Under the pieces are notes generated by a model that saw nothing but the letters and a program-made list of their open reading frames with translations, was not told the DNA's origin and ran no database searches. This document shows, piece after piece, positions 10,678 through 23,000 of a DNA stretch of 40,313 nucleotides. Positions within the stretch are counted from its first letter, which is position 1. Every line of letters begins with the position of its first letter. The position numbers and the translations under genes are program-made. The stretch is from Octopus bimaculoides (taxonomy: Eukaryota), in NCBI RefSeq assembly GCF_001194135.2, contig NC_068988.1, positions 94,862,954 to 94,903,266 of the forward strand. Reading direction: 5' to 3'.

Positions 10678-11024
10678 CCCACTGGCTGTGAACAGCTGAC
10701 ACTTTGTTACATCCCCCGACGTAGGAGCTGTGTTAAATGAAAATAAAATTAATAATTTTAACATTAATAATTATAATAATCTGTTAGTCTTTTCCGATAT
10801 AAAATACGTTGCGATGACGTGTTACAATCCATCATTTAGTTCCCCAATTAGTTACAAGATTACAAGGTGTACAACATTAATTAGATCAGACCAAAAACAT
10901 CGATTAAAGTAATAAAAATAAAACCATAATGAATTAATAAAATGTCTAAAAGCAGATTAATTAATAGGAACCCATTGGGTTATATTACTTAAGGTTGCCA
11001 TTGAAAGCAAATAGTCAACGATAA

Positions 11025-11336
11025 CAAGCGCTTAAGGAGTCGATCAACCTGTTAAAGATAGCAGTTAAATCTCTCTCAAAGTACAACCTACCCTCTTGAA
11101 AAGAGATGGACAAGTTCGATAATGAAGAATTGGTTAAGAAATACCCAGAAGATAGGATGGTCAAGGTTGTAGTACCTTTAGCGATAGTTCTATTCATGGG
11201 GTCAAAAGATAACAATAACAGTAAGGTGAAAAAAAAAAGGCTTGGTTTCACAGGCGAAATATTGAATAGAGTGAATATGGTATGTGTTCTGAGTGTGTGT
11301 TTGTGGTTACGTGCGTGCTTCTCTGGCTTGGAGTAG
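11025..11336 (+). pseudogene. Unidentified coding-like tract with one internal stop
   Basis: In-frame QALKESINLLKIAVKSLSKYNLPS*KEMDKFDNEELVKKYPEDRMVKVVVPLAIVLFMGSKDNNNSKVKKKRLGFTGEILNR. TGA at 11097-11099; possible donor A|gtaagg at 11221. Confidence 0.3.
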
Positions 11337-12130
11337 CGCCTATAACATCCACATGCTGTACACTTTCTAAATATACATACAATCGGATTATATGATGACA
11401 TACGAATTTACGATACTGTATGAAACGATAAATCCGTTGGTGTACGTTTTGAATGAATATTTCTTCTTTCCTTGGCACCATTCATTGATTTTCCTGTCGG
11501 CCCTTCTGCTTGCCGTATCTGTCACCGTTTTTCAATGGTTGTATCAGCTTCCTTTATCGGTTAGCCACCTCCTCAGGAGTTAGCATTGTTGTAGAAACGT
11601 GACATCTGATATATAACTACGTCGCTTGCAACTAAACAAACAATCAGTACAATATATGAACTTTGCTTTAAAGAATAAGCTGTCTGTATTAGTCTTTTAA
11701 GTCGCTTTCCTTCCTGGTGTGAGACAAACTCGTTACGTTTTTCTGTTGTTGTTTCTGATCAGATTGCTTACAAGTCGCCCTTCTTTTCGTCAATGAAATT
11801 GTCCTACGATATCCAAATCACGCGAATTACGCGTGTGACGACAACAAAAAATATCAACAAGAAAAAAACCCAAATGTAAAAAATGATCTGTGGTTTCTTT
11901 TTATATTTTATCTGTATTTTTACATACCAATATGGAATAGATTGTTGATTTTCTTTATTATTGTTCGTCATATTTGACATTAACACGCATAAAACTTCAT
12001 TATTCATTTTCAGGCAATATTAGTGAGAAACTGAGCTGAGGCACAAAACCACTTTCTATAAAAAAAAAATCGAAGCAGTTCTGCCTCTTTACACTTCGAT
12101 TATTCCACTTTGGAAACGTATTCTTTTATT

Positions 12131-12508
12131 TGTGTCAGTCATTTGATTGCGGCCATGTTGGAGCACCGCCTTTAGTCGAGCAAATCGACCCCCAGGATTT
12201 ATTCTTTGTAAGCCTAGTACTTATTCCATCGGGGACGCAAACACACCAACATCGGTTGTCAAGCGATGTTTGGGGGACAAATACAGACACATACACACGC
12301 ACACACAGACACACACACACACGCACACATATGTATGTTTATATACGACGGGCTTCATTCAGTTTCCATCTACCAAATCCATTCACAAGGCTTTGGTTGG
12401 ATCGGGGCTATAGTAGAAGACGCTTGCCCAAGATGCCACGCAGTAGGACTGAACCGGGAACCATGGTTGGTAGGCAAGCTACTTACCACACAGCCACTCC
12501 TGCGCCTA
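12131..12508 (-). mobile_element. CORE-type tRNA SINE with internal (TG)n tract, near full length
   Basis: The reverse complement reads aggcgcaggagtggctgtgtggtaag (A-box), ccgggttcagtcct (B-box), gcgtggcatcttgggcaagcgtctt (CORE-like), then a microsatellite, then tail ...cgcttgacaaccgatgttggtgtgt...tggggtcgatttgctcgactaaaggcggtgctccaacatggccgc. Confidence 0.85.
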
Positions 12509-12550
12509 TAAAAGATAAACGTTTATTTGAGAGATGCTAGTAGACCACAT

Positions 12551-12690
12551 CGACTGGTATTTATTCTATCGACCGCGAAATGACGAAAGGCAAAAGTGAC
12601 CTCGGCAGAATTCGAACTCAGCATGTAGCGTCAGACGATACACTGCTAAACATTTCGCCCACCCTGCTAACGATTCCACCAGCTCGCCGC
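12551..12690 (-). mobile_element. OK-like tRNA SINE
   Basis: Reverse complement of the 1180 family: gacgaaaggcaaaagtgacctcggcagaattcgaactca...ctaacgattccaccagctcgccgc. Confidence 0.8.
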
Positions 12691-13324
12691 TTTATGATCA
12701 TGGACAATAGAAGGTCCGAAACGGACGCCAAAGGGCCTGAAATGTCAGAGTGTTAAAGTGACCCAGGAAATATCGACTCAGAAATCGATAACCTGTCAAA
12801 CAATACAGCCTCTACGTTGTCGCTCTATCAGCTAGAATTAACACCTGAATCTTTATCATATTACTCGCCTGTCTTAAAAAGGGGCATATTCAATAATGTA
12901 CTTCGAAGTATATAATGTTCAAGATTCAAATGCATTCGATCTATCGACCTAATCGATTAGGACTGGCTGAGAGAAAAAAAAAACATCTGGTTATGATCGT
13001 TCCACTGACTTATTCCCCGTTTGATTTTAAAATGACCTGGGGCCACACAACCATAGATCTACATCACTTAAAGTACAATGTTGATCTCTATCTCACTCTC
13101 GTACAGTTTAACACCCACAACGATGCAAGTCCTCAGGCCATCTCCTCTCTGATGATAACTTGCCCTCATTGTTCCACCTATCACAGAGACCCTTAAATGG
13201 TTCTGGTCGTTGCCTTTTCTTCCTCTGATTAATTCATTTTAAAAATGCGTCAATGAACCTCTTTCAATTCGTTCCCAGGCGGATGATGTTTGAATACGAC
13301 CTTGAGAAAATGAGGAATGAGAAA

Positions 13325-13455
<131 letters not shown>

Positions 13456-14022
13456 ACTAGAAGCCCGCATCCTACCAGCACCTTCAGTATATACGTGTAA
13501 TATATGAAATAGATAATATTTTAAGGAAAGCAACATTATTTTAACAATAGATTGTAACGATAAAGAAAAGTATAACCAACATTAACCTAAATAAGCGCTG
13601 GAATTTCGAAGTCTACTTACCCATCTATTATTTCACTATTCAATATTTTTCAGCCATGAATTAACCTACAAGAAGAATAACAGTTTATTGTAGTAACAAT
13701 GTCACTTGTGATCAGAGAGGAACTATAAAAGGGAAAATCCATTATACACAGCATAAAAACTCGAGCAGAAATCACATTTATAGCCATATATTGACACAGG
13801 TTTTTCCTGACTGGGTCTCTATGCTAAGCCTTATTCTATTCAACAAATATTTCACATCTTTTAGAATACGAATTATTATCTGGGCAATGATTCCAATGAA
13901 AGGAAAATCATTCAGGTGTGTCAAAAATTGAGATGTACATACAAATATAGGCATGTTTGTGTATAAATTCATATATGTACACATATTTAACATTTTACAC
14001 ATACACACACACGCACACATGC

Positions 14023-14076
<54 letters not shown>

Positions 14077-14378
14077 NNNNNNNNNNNNNNNNNNNNNNNN
14101 NNNNNNNNNNNNNNNNNNNNNNNNNNNNNNNNNNNNNNNNNNNNNNNNNNNNNNNNNNNNNNNNNNNNNNNNNNNNNNNNNNNNNNNNNNNNNNNNNNNN
14201 NNNNNNNNNNNNNNNNNNNNNNNNNNNNNNNNNNNNNNNNNNNNNNNNNNNNNNNNNNNNNNNNNNNNNNNNNNNNNNNNNNNNNNNNNNNNNNNNNNNN
14301 NNNNNNNNNNNNNNNNNNNNNNNNNNNNNNNNNNNNNNNNNNNNNNNNNNNNNNNNNNNNNNNNNNNNNNNNNNNNNN

Positions 14379-14449
<71 letters not shown>

Positions 14450-14894
14450 ATATAAATATAAATGAGCGTGCGTGGGTCTGTGTGTGTGTGTTTATATGAG
14501 TGTTTACAATTCTCAGGGTGTCAGCATACTCCGTAGAAGCTTTCTCGTTGTTTTTCTTTTTTTTTTTTCTTTTTTCTTTTTTCTCAAAGTTATCTCTATA
14601 GGTAAGAGATGAATGCAACTCTAAGTAAACAAATCTCGTAAACATTTTAGGATGCATCAGCTGTTTGGAACGGCGTATTGTCTCTACTTGCAACACCTGC
14701 TTTCAGCGAGGTGGTCTGGACTACTTCAAATACGAATGATGTGTTGAGCCATGGATACAACGAGGTAGCGATAAGGATATGTGTATCAGCAAATCTATTT
14801 TCAGTCTTGTAAACATCATTCGTTTGGTCGTAGGTTGTTTGGTCTTGCCTTACGTTTCTTTGAAATCATTAGGAGGGAAAAGAAGAATTCAAAG

Positions 14895-15270
14895 AAGTGG
14901 CTTACCGTTGTTGTTTGCTGATGATACAGCACTGGCGGTGGATTCGGAAGAGCAACAGAGGAGAACTGTGCTAGAGTTTGGAAGAGTGTGTGAGAGGAGG
15001 AAACTGACAGTGAATGTAGCTAAGAGTAAGGTGATGAGATGTTCGAGAGATGGAATGGCTGGTAGGACGGATGTGAGAATAAATGGTGTGATTTTAGAGG
15101 AGGTGTTTTTAAGTATCTGGGATCACATGTAACAGAGGAGGTGGTGGCTGAAGAGGTGGGATACAGAGTGAGGGATAAGAGTAAGATACTTGGAGTTGTG
15201 CTGGGGTGTGCTGAGAGATAAAATTTTGAGTATTAAAGCGAAAAGAGGTGTGAATGAAAGCGTGATTTCT
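14895..15270 (+). mobile_element. RTE-clade LINE reverse-transcriptase fragment (catalytic motif and thumb)
   Basis: LLFADDTALAVDSEEQQRRTVLEFGRVCERRKLTVNVAKSKVMRCSRDG...INGVILEEV, then after a frameshift KYLGSHVTEE...EEVGYRV...ILSIKAKRGVNESVI. These are the FADD, N..KSKVM and KYLG RT motifs. Confidence 0.9.
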
Positions 15271-15789
15271 CGGATTCTATTGAAAGAATTTATTTTATTC
15301 TAATCTTCCAGAATGGTGATTCTGCAATATGGGATATGTAAAAGAAAGTACAACCTTCCACATTGAAATATTGGTTACTAATTCACCTGATATTATAGTT
15401 GATTTTAAACAGGTTAAATGGCAGAGTGCCGATCTAAATTTCTAGCAGTATCAATTATGCCACTTTATGCTTTCTGGGTAAAATGACATGGTATATACAA
15501 ATCGCTTCTGCCTTTCATTCCGGCTGAGTCCACAAAATAAGTTCCAAGTGATGCATAGACGGAAATCGATGTTAAAGATTTGTTGTATTGAGTGCAGTAA
15601 AATAGCGTAGAAGCCACTCCCCAAACCAACCTGGTACCAATTCCTGGTTGAACATTCTACTTACGTCATTGGTTTGTTTACGGTATCTACGGCGTTGTGG
15701 TTTTATTCCCAATGGAAAACAAAACCCAGCAGTTGAGGAAAAAGTTCATAGACAAGTAGATACATTTATTAAGTAATCAATCCTTTCTA

Positions 15790-16009
15790 CTATAGCCTGA
15801 ACTTTGGGGGAGGGGCCTAGTCGATTACATCGACCCCAGTCTCTCACTGGTACTTAATTAATTGACAACGAAAGTATGAAAGGCAAAGTCGACCCTGGCG
15901 GAATTTGAACTCAGAACATGCAGACTGATGAAATGCCGCCAAGCATTTGGCTCGCCAGCGTGCTGACCATTCTGCCAGCATGCTGACCATTCTGCCAGCT
16001 CGCTGCCTT
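15790..16009 (-). mobile_element. OK-like tRNA SINE with 20-bp tandem duplication in the head
   Basis: tagtcgattacatcgaccccagt...gaaaggcaaagtcgaccctggcggaatttgaactcag...; tgctgaccattctgccagc(a/t) occurs at 15961-15980 and 15981-16000. Confidence 0.85.
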
Positions 16010-17010
16010 CGTTTACTTGGACGGTTTTTTTTTTTATTTAATACTTTTTTATAGTTATTTTTTAAATTTTTAGTCTGGTGTTACACAGTTTCAATCATTG
16101 CAAAGCATTAATTGCAGTTTGATGTTAATGATTGATTCAATATAGTGGAGTGGAATTGGCAGAGCATCAGATTAACAGCCTTGCGATGTTTCTTTGAGTC
16201 CTGTTAGACTCAAAGTTCAAATTCAGCTGCAGTGAAGCTTGTTTTACATCCTTTGAGGTGTTTCATAGAATATTGGGTATGTTCTGGAATCAAAGTATAC
16301 GCTCACGAAAATATACAGTTTTACGCCTTTACTAAAAGGAAAATATATTTAGCCTCAGTCTCTGACTTCGCTTGATCTCGAAACATAGAGAAACGAAAAT
16401 ACTGCAATACATTAAGTCAACGATGGCTCATACAGTGTCTGAAAATTCGTTGCTCTGAACTAACTATCCCCTTCCTTATTTCATTTTATTACATTGGATC
16501 ATATCTAGTTAATAAAAGCCAAACAACAGGATGTGTAATTCTTCTCGCAATTGTCTCTTCGACGCCATATCTTACTGCTTATCTCATCGAAAGTAAACTA
16601 ATTAATCTGACTTACTAGCACGTCTTCAACTTGTTATCTTATCTCACAAGTAGCCCTGGCCACTCTTAAATGGTAACTGAAGCCTCTCTCATTCCTCGCT
16701 AAACCTAATATCTCACAAGCAATAACGTCTCTTAATTATAGAAAACCGTATTTGTCACGAGAAGACAATGTTTCTGGCTTCTTATAAGATGTCAACGTGT
16801 TAGTGAACCGCTTAAATGGGAATTTCGCTCTGACTTTGAATAGAGACGGGTGAAATTACTGTTTGATAAAAAGATATGCTTTAATTCTAAATAGTGCCGA
16901 GTTAATACGCACGTGCGCTACACATACACACATAAATGTACACACATGAATAAAGATACACAGAAAAATATACTAATTCGTGCATATGTGTACATAGATA
17001 CACATACATA

Positions 17011-17051
<41 letters not shown>

Positions 17052-17257
17052 NNNNNNNNNNNNNNNNNNNNNNNNNNNNNNNNNNNNNNNNNNNNNNNNN
17101 NNNNNNNNNNNNNNNNNNNNNNNNNNNNNNNNNNNNNNNNNNNNNNNNNNNNNNNNNNNNNNNNNNNNNNNNNNNNNNNNNNNNNNNNNNNNNNNNNNNN
17201 NNNNNNNNNTATATATGCATATATATGTATATGTACTGTGTGCACATATATATATGC

Positions 17258-17295
<38 letters not shown>

Positions 17296-17719
17296 TTATA
17301 AACATATATATACACACATGCACACATGTATATATATATGTATATGTATGTATGTATGTATCAATGAATTCATGAATGTAATCTTCAAGTGTTTAAGCTA
17401 TTTTCTACGTAGATCAAAAAGGAACCGACAATATCAACGACCCGGTCGCAGTCAGACGAAACTAATTGTTATTTTCTCTTGCCAAATGAGCCTGTTCCTT
17501 CGTCTCTGAGCATATTTACATAACGAAGATAAATTTTCGTTAGTAAAATTACGCATAGCATGTTACACGAGTTGAGTCGTTAGATCGCTGGTTACCATGC
17601 TTTCCTGCATTTCCTTGGAGGGAAGTGGCTCTTTATGATCAACTCTGATTAAGGTTATTCATCACATTTTCAATTCATGGAGAAACAGCTAAATTAGCTC
17701 TATTAGGTGCTACGCAGGT

Positions 17720-17764
<45 letters not shown>

Positions 17765-19873
17765 TACAATTAAAAGGGTAAAGGTTTATCAATTTATTAA
17801 TTTATTAATAAATCAACAATTAATCATTTTTACCAAGCCCTTCGGCATGTAAACACCATTATCGGTGGAGAACTTATTTAAAAGTTCTTATACATTTATA
17901 AACATAATTAAGGGATCAGCAAACATTTGCTTCACCACATACCGAAGTTCAGAAATAGCAGCTAAAACAGCTGAGACTCCAACAGATAGCATTACTTGTA
18001 ACTCACAAAGGCAAAAAATGGTTATATANNNNNNNNNNNNNNNNNNNNNNNNNNNNNNNNNNNNNNNNNNNNNNNNNNNNNNNNNNNNNNNNNNNNNNNN
18101 NNNNNNNNNNNNNNNNNNNNNNNNNNNNNNNNNNNNNNNNNNNNNNNNNNNNTATATATATATATAGATGCATACATGTAGACCTATTTCTGCATTGTTA
18201 TGCTTTTTCACCTCAGACACTGAATCTGTCGTTTGTAATTTACTAATAACTGTCATTCTTATCTGTCAGCAAGACAAATATTTTGCTGAGTTATGCAAAA
18301 CTTTTCAGGTTGGATTCAATCAAAGAAAATCACACTAAGCAACGTTTTAGCAATATTAGTGACGCCATCAATAAAAATCCGTAGATGTCGAAATCCAAGA
18401 TGTATATTTGACAATAAAGTACCAGTAAAATACTGGAGTCTGTTCAATATTATTATAAGGCGGTATGCTACTTGTGAATGGTTTTATTGTAGAGTACTTT
18501 TTTCAATTTTTATATTTGTAATAAGATCGTGGAGCACTATGAGTAACTGAATAGTTTATATATTTTAATAGAAGTGCGTGTGTGAACGAGGCCGGTCGTC
18601 TGTCTACATACAACGGGGACATAAACACAGTCAGAAGCACACAAACAAACACGGACACATACACATACATATATGCGTAGGGCATATACACTTTTTATTG
18701 TTAACAGTGTATACATTCAACAAAAGAAGTGGGTGTTTGAAGCCACGTGTGTTTATATCCGTGGCAAATATATCCTGGTGATTCCCCCCATAAACACCAC
18801 GATTTGTAATTGTGTGTTATAAAATAAAATAAAGAAGTTTTTTTTTTTTTTCATATCCTGTTAGATTATTGGAAACACAACATTGCCAGCGAGAAATGGC
18901 ACTTGTCCCAAACAGTGGATACACATATGTATAATTGTTCAATAAATTAATTATAATTAGAATCAATAAACGCACATTATCAAATTAAAAAGAAGACACA
19001 CCCAATAATGTAACATCTCACCCGTCGATTTATACAAAGAATGAACCTCTTTGTATTCTTCAACCAGAAGAGAAAAAAGCGTTTTTAAAACGGGTAAAAA
19101 GTTGAATAATATAGTCTTAGACACATTATGTACGACAACAATTTGGATGGCCATGGCTGGTGCGCTCAGTAAGGTTTCTCCAGTGACTAAACTACATCGA
19201 CAATAGTTTTTGTATCTTCTCTTGTTTGTAAATATTAATATATCTATTTTTCTGGCTTAAATTTCCTTCGCTTGAAGATTTGTATACAAGATTCCAAAGT
19301 CCTTACTAAATCTTAAAAGGAACAGAAAACAGCGCCACTCTTGATCACCCGTCTTGCTAGAAATGGTAATCCGAACTTTCTTCAGAACATACACAAATCT
19401 ATTAAATAATGGAGGACATATTAAAGTAATGAATTCTGTACACATTGAGAAAAAGAAACAAAAACACAATGATCTTTGCTGGAATGCCATTGATCATAAG
19501 TCTGCTGGATCCAGGTTGACTCAGGGCTAAACTACAGTAGTAGCAACAACAAACCTGGATGTATTATCTATGACCTGTAAAAATACTGTTTTCACTTTTG
19601 TTGATTAGAGTAGAAAGTACGATTCGAAACTGTTTACCGTGAGAAACAGAATAGATTATGTTTCGGGTTGCATTTAACTGTCGTCAGAGACTGATGCTTA
19701 TTGTTGGTACCAAATGGATTAAATGAATGTAGAGAGCAAAAACGAAAGCAGGGAGAGAAAATAGTGAAGAATAAAAAAAATAGAAAAGCAGAAATAATGA
19801 TCTTCAAACTGTCTTTTTCTCTCTTAGTCTGTCACCCTCTCATCAATCGTTTATTTTTTGTCTGTTTTCTAAC

Positions 19874-20193
19874 ACGTATTACCTCATACTTTCCTTATGT
19901 TTCCTCCACTACATATTACCTCATATTTCCTCTACCACATATTACCCCATATTTCCTCCACCAGATATTACCTCATATTTCCTCCACAGCATATTGCCTC
20001 ATATTTCCTCCGCCGCATATTGCCTCATATTTCCTCCGCCGCATATTGCCTCATATTTCCTCCGCCGCATATTGCCTCATATTTCCTCCGCCGCATATTA
20101 CCTCATATTTCCTCCACCGCATATTACCTCATATTTCCTCCACCGCATATTACCTCATATTTCCTCCACCACATATTAGCTCATACTTCCTAC
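19874..20193. repeat. 26-bp minisatellite, ~12 units
   Basis: Unit catatt(a/g)cctcatatttcctcc(a/g)cc(a/g), head-to-tail from 19912 with period 26 and no spacers. First and last units are degenerate. Confidence 0.95.
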
Positions 20194-20359
20194 ACAGTAA
20201 GTGCTACTGAGTTAGAAATCGATGACGAATACATATGAGGAATTCGTTTATTTTCGAATTCCTCATTTTCGAATTCGCACCACTCTAACTGAAAAAATGT
20301 TAATAAATTGATTATGCTCTGTTCAAACTCTCTATTTTCCTTATGATATGTGAACAAAT

Positions 20360-20422
20360 CGACCCCAAGACTTATTCATTGTTAACCTAGTACTCAATCT
20401 ATCGGCCTCTCTTGCCGAACCG
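20360..20422 (-). mobile_element. 3'-tail fragment of the CORE-type SINE family
   Basis: aacaaatcgaccccaagacttattc...ctagtactcaatctatcggcctctcttgccgaaccgc matches the tails at 12180, 22650 and 34050. Confidence 0.7.
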
Positions 20423-21747
20423 CAAGATAAAGAAAAAGACAGACAGAGAGACAGAGAGAGTCAGACGGGCAGACAGACAGGCTGACAAACAGGCAGATTG
20501 ATAGACATGTATATAGATTAGATAGATAGATATATATAGAGAGAGAGAGGGGGGAGGGAGAGAGGGGGGAGGGAGAGAGAGAGATATTGATTGATTGTTT
20601 GAAGTGATATGGATAAATATATACATACATGATGGATCTCACTGGAAATTAATGTAACTGTAGGTTCTGTACATAGTGTCTATTCTTAGTTGTAGTATGC
20701 TTTACATTCCTTTTCCCCAAATGGCAGACAAGGTTTTCGCTATTCCTGAAATTTGTTCCTTTCCTTTAACTTTGACGTTGATTGTAGGCGTTACTGAGTT
20801 TCCCTGTGTTGCTCAATTCGCAGCCCTTTTAATCCTTTCTTAATTGTTCCTGTATTGTTGCATTGGACGACAATGCCCGTGTTTACGTACATCTGCAGCT
20901 CAACATTGCGTTCTTTCGGTGGAACATCTTGCAGAATTGAATGCTGTTTAGTAAATGTTTTTCGATTAGAGATAGGAAATCCTAAAACTGTTGATAATGT
21001 AGGGAATGTATATGAAATAACTTTTTCCTCTAATGTTCTACCTTTTTTTTTTTGTCATTTATTTTTCAATGTAAGAAGTTAATATCATTCTTGCCAAAGC
21101 CTAACATTGAAGAGCAAGTGGTAAACACGTGACAATCTAAGACCAACAACACTCATTTCTTTGAAGTCTTTCCGCCTTGCTAATAACGTAACTAATGTCA
21201 TTGAGAAGGACATGCACATCACTGTACCCATTATATTGTCCCACTTAACACTCGTAAACCTACATGTAAAAGCACAAATATAATCTGATATTATAGAACC
21301 AGTGATGTTCTGTAATAGCAACATTTTGATATAAGCTGTGCGGATATTTGTATTTTTATTTAATTCCTTGGAAGAAGATAAAGGTAATCCGTTCGAGGGT
21401 GATGAAATTTTAGGTTGTGTTGGTCTCTGCATGTGTGTGTGTTGCATGTGTCTGTGAGTGTGTTAATGCAGTATATGTGTTTGTATGGGTTGGCCGTTGT
21501 GACTGCGAATGTTTTAGGCATGCACTGCGTATGAATATGTGTCTGAAAGAGATAGGAAGAAATATATGCAGAAGAAAGAAAGAGAGAGGGGAAGAGAAAG
21601 AGGAAGAGAGTGAAAGAGAAAGCGAGAGAGTGGGTTATGAATAAGGAAATTGTGTAAGAGAAATGCAAGAGGTGGAAAGAGTAAGATAGAAGTGGAAATA
21701 AGTGAAAACTTGTGAGAATAAGATGGAGAACGAGAGAAAGGCAAGGA

Positions 21748-21788
<41 letters not shown>

Positions 21789-22586
21789 TTGAGTAAGAAA
21801 GAAGAGGGGAGAGAGAGTGAGAGAGAGAAAGCTAGAGACTTACAACATATTTGATAGCCTTCAGGGTCTTAACAGTTGGATTACTTCCTAACTGGTTTTG
21901 ACATTTGACTCTGAAGCGCACACAAATATATTTTGCTTTCTTTTTGCTACTATTGTTATTGTTGTTGATCTTTTCCAAGTATTTCCTGTTGACAAAACCC
22001 AGCGCACTCTATCAGGTCTCATCTGACTGACAAGCTATCATTTGTGTTCTTGGTGATGGACTTTAAAAGATTGACGCATGTCTTTTTGTATTTTTTCTGA
22101 AAAGCGTGCCGTAAAATAATACTACTACTATTCTGACTACCACAACTACAACAATAACAAATAATGTTACTAGCACGAATTATCATAACAGGAACACTTG
22201 TGAAAAGGAGACAAAGTATAGCAAACAAACAAAAAATATCTATCTGCTGTTCCTAGTGGCTACACAGATATGTTTCTTTTATTCGCTTCACGTCATAAAG
22301 CCTGCAGTATCCGGCTGTAAATATTTAGACAAACATAAAGAAAAATGGCGCTGGTGTAAGCAGAAACGTTGCAGCGCCAGATACCTCGCAGTGTTTAGTT
22401 ACATCCGTTTTGTTTCTTGAGTTCAAATTTAGCTGTGAACGACTTTGACTCGTATTCTTTCAACGGCGAGGAAATCAGTAAGAGTCAGGTTTAGGAGTCA
22501 GTTATATCGGCGACTCTTCGTCCTCCCGCAAAACGTTTGACTAGAAATCTTTTATTTTATTTTTTTTTTTTGTCATTTTTTATCAT

Positions 22587-22945
22587 TTACTTGTTTCATT
22601 CATGAGACTGCGGCCACGCTGGGGCATGGCCTTCAAGAATTTTAGTCGAACGGATCGACCCCAGTACTTATTTTCTATGGTTTTCTTTGGCCGAACCGCT
22701 AGGTTACGGCGACGAAAACACGCGAATACCGGTTGTCAAGCGGTGGTGAAGAACAAATTCAGACACAAGGGCTAACACACACATAGTGACACACAAACAC
22801 AGTCACACACACACGCAGTCACACAGTCACACACAAACACACACACGCACAAACACACACACACACACACACACACANNNNNNNNNNNNNNNNNNNNNNN
22901 NNNNNNNNNNNNNNNNNNNNNNNNNNNNNNNNNNNNNNNNNNNNN

Positions 22946-22990
<45 letters not shown>

Positions 22991-23000
22991 CGGGTTCTCT
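22587..23000 (-). mobile_element. CORE-type SINE copy, tail plus internal microsatellite spanning an N gap; head not evident
   Basis: ctgcggccacgctggggc...tagtcgaacggatcgaccccagtacttat...gccgaaccgctaggttacgg...ccggttgtcaagcggtgg, then (CA)n/N/(TA)n, then tgacgggtttct. Confidence 0.75.

Noticed and set aside
13621-13665. 45-nt minus-strand exon candidate (cttgtag|...ATGG|gtaagt)
   Set aside because: All three phases contain stops. It could only be a UTR or start-codon exon, and nothing downstream supports it.
19912-20193. CRISPR-like array
   Set aside because: The repeats are head-to-tail with no unique spacers, there are no cas genes, and the context is eukaryotic.
19701-20238. 169-aa and 113-aa ORFs with repeated PPPHITSYFL / ILPHISS
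   Set aside because: They arise from the 26-bp minisatellite. The unit is not a multiple of 3, which argues against coding selection.
20640-21420. Helitron/PIF1 helicase-like peptide on the minus strand (DVPPKERNVELQMYVNTGIVVQCN...KKGL)
   Set aside because: Only loose resemblance, and the downstream QFP/TIxKSQG/YVAxSR motifs were not found. It needs a profile search.
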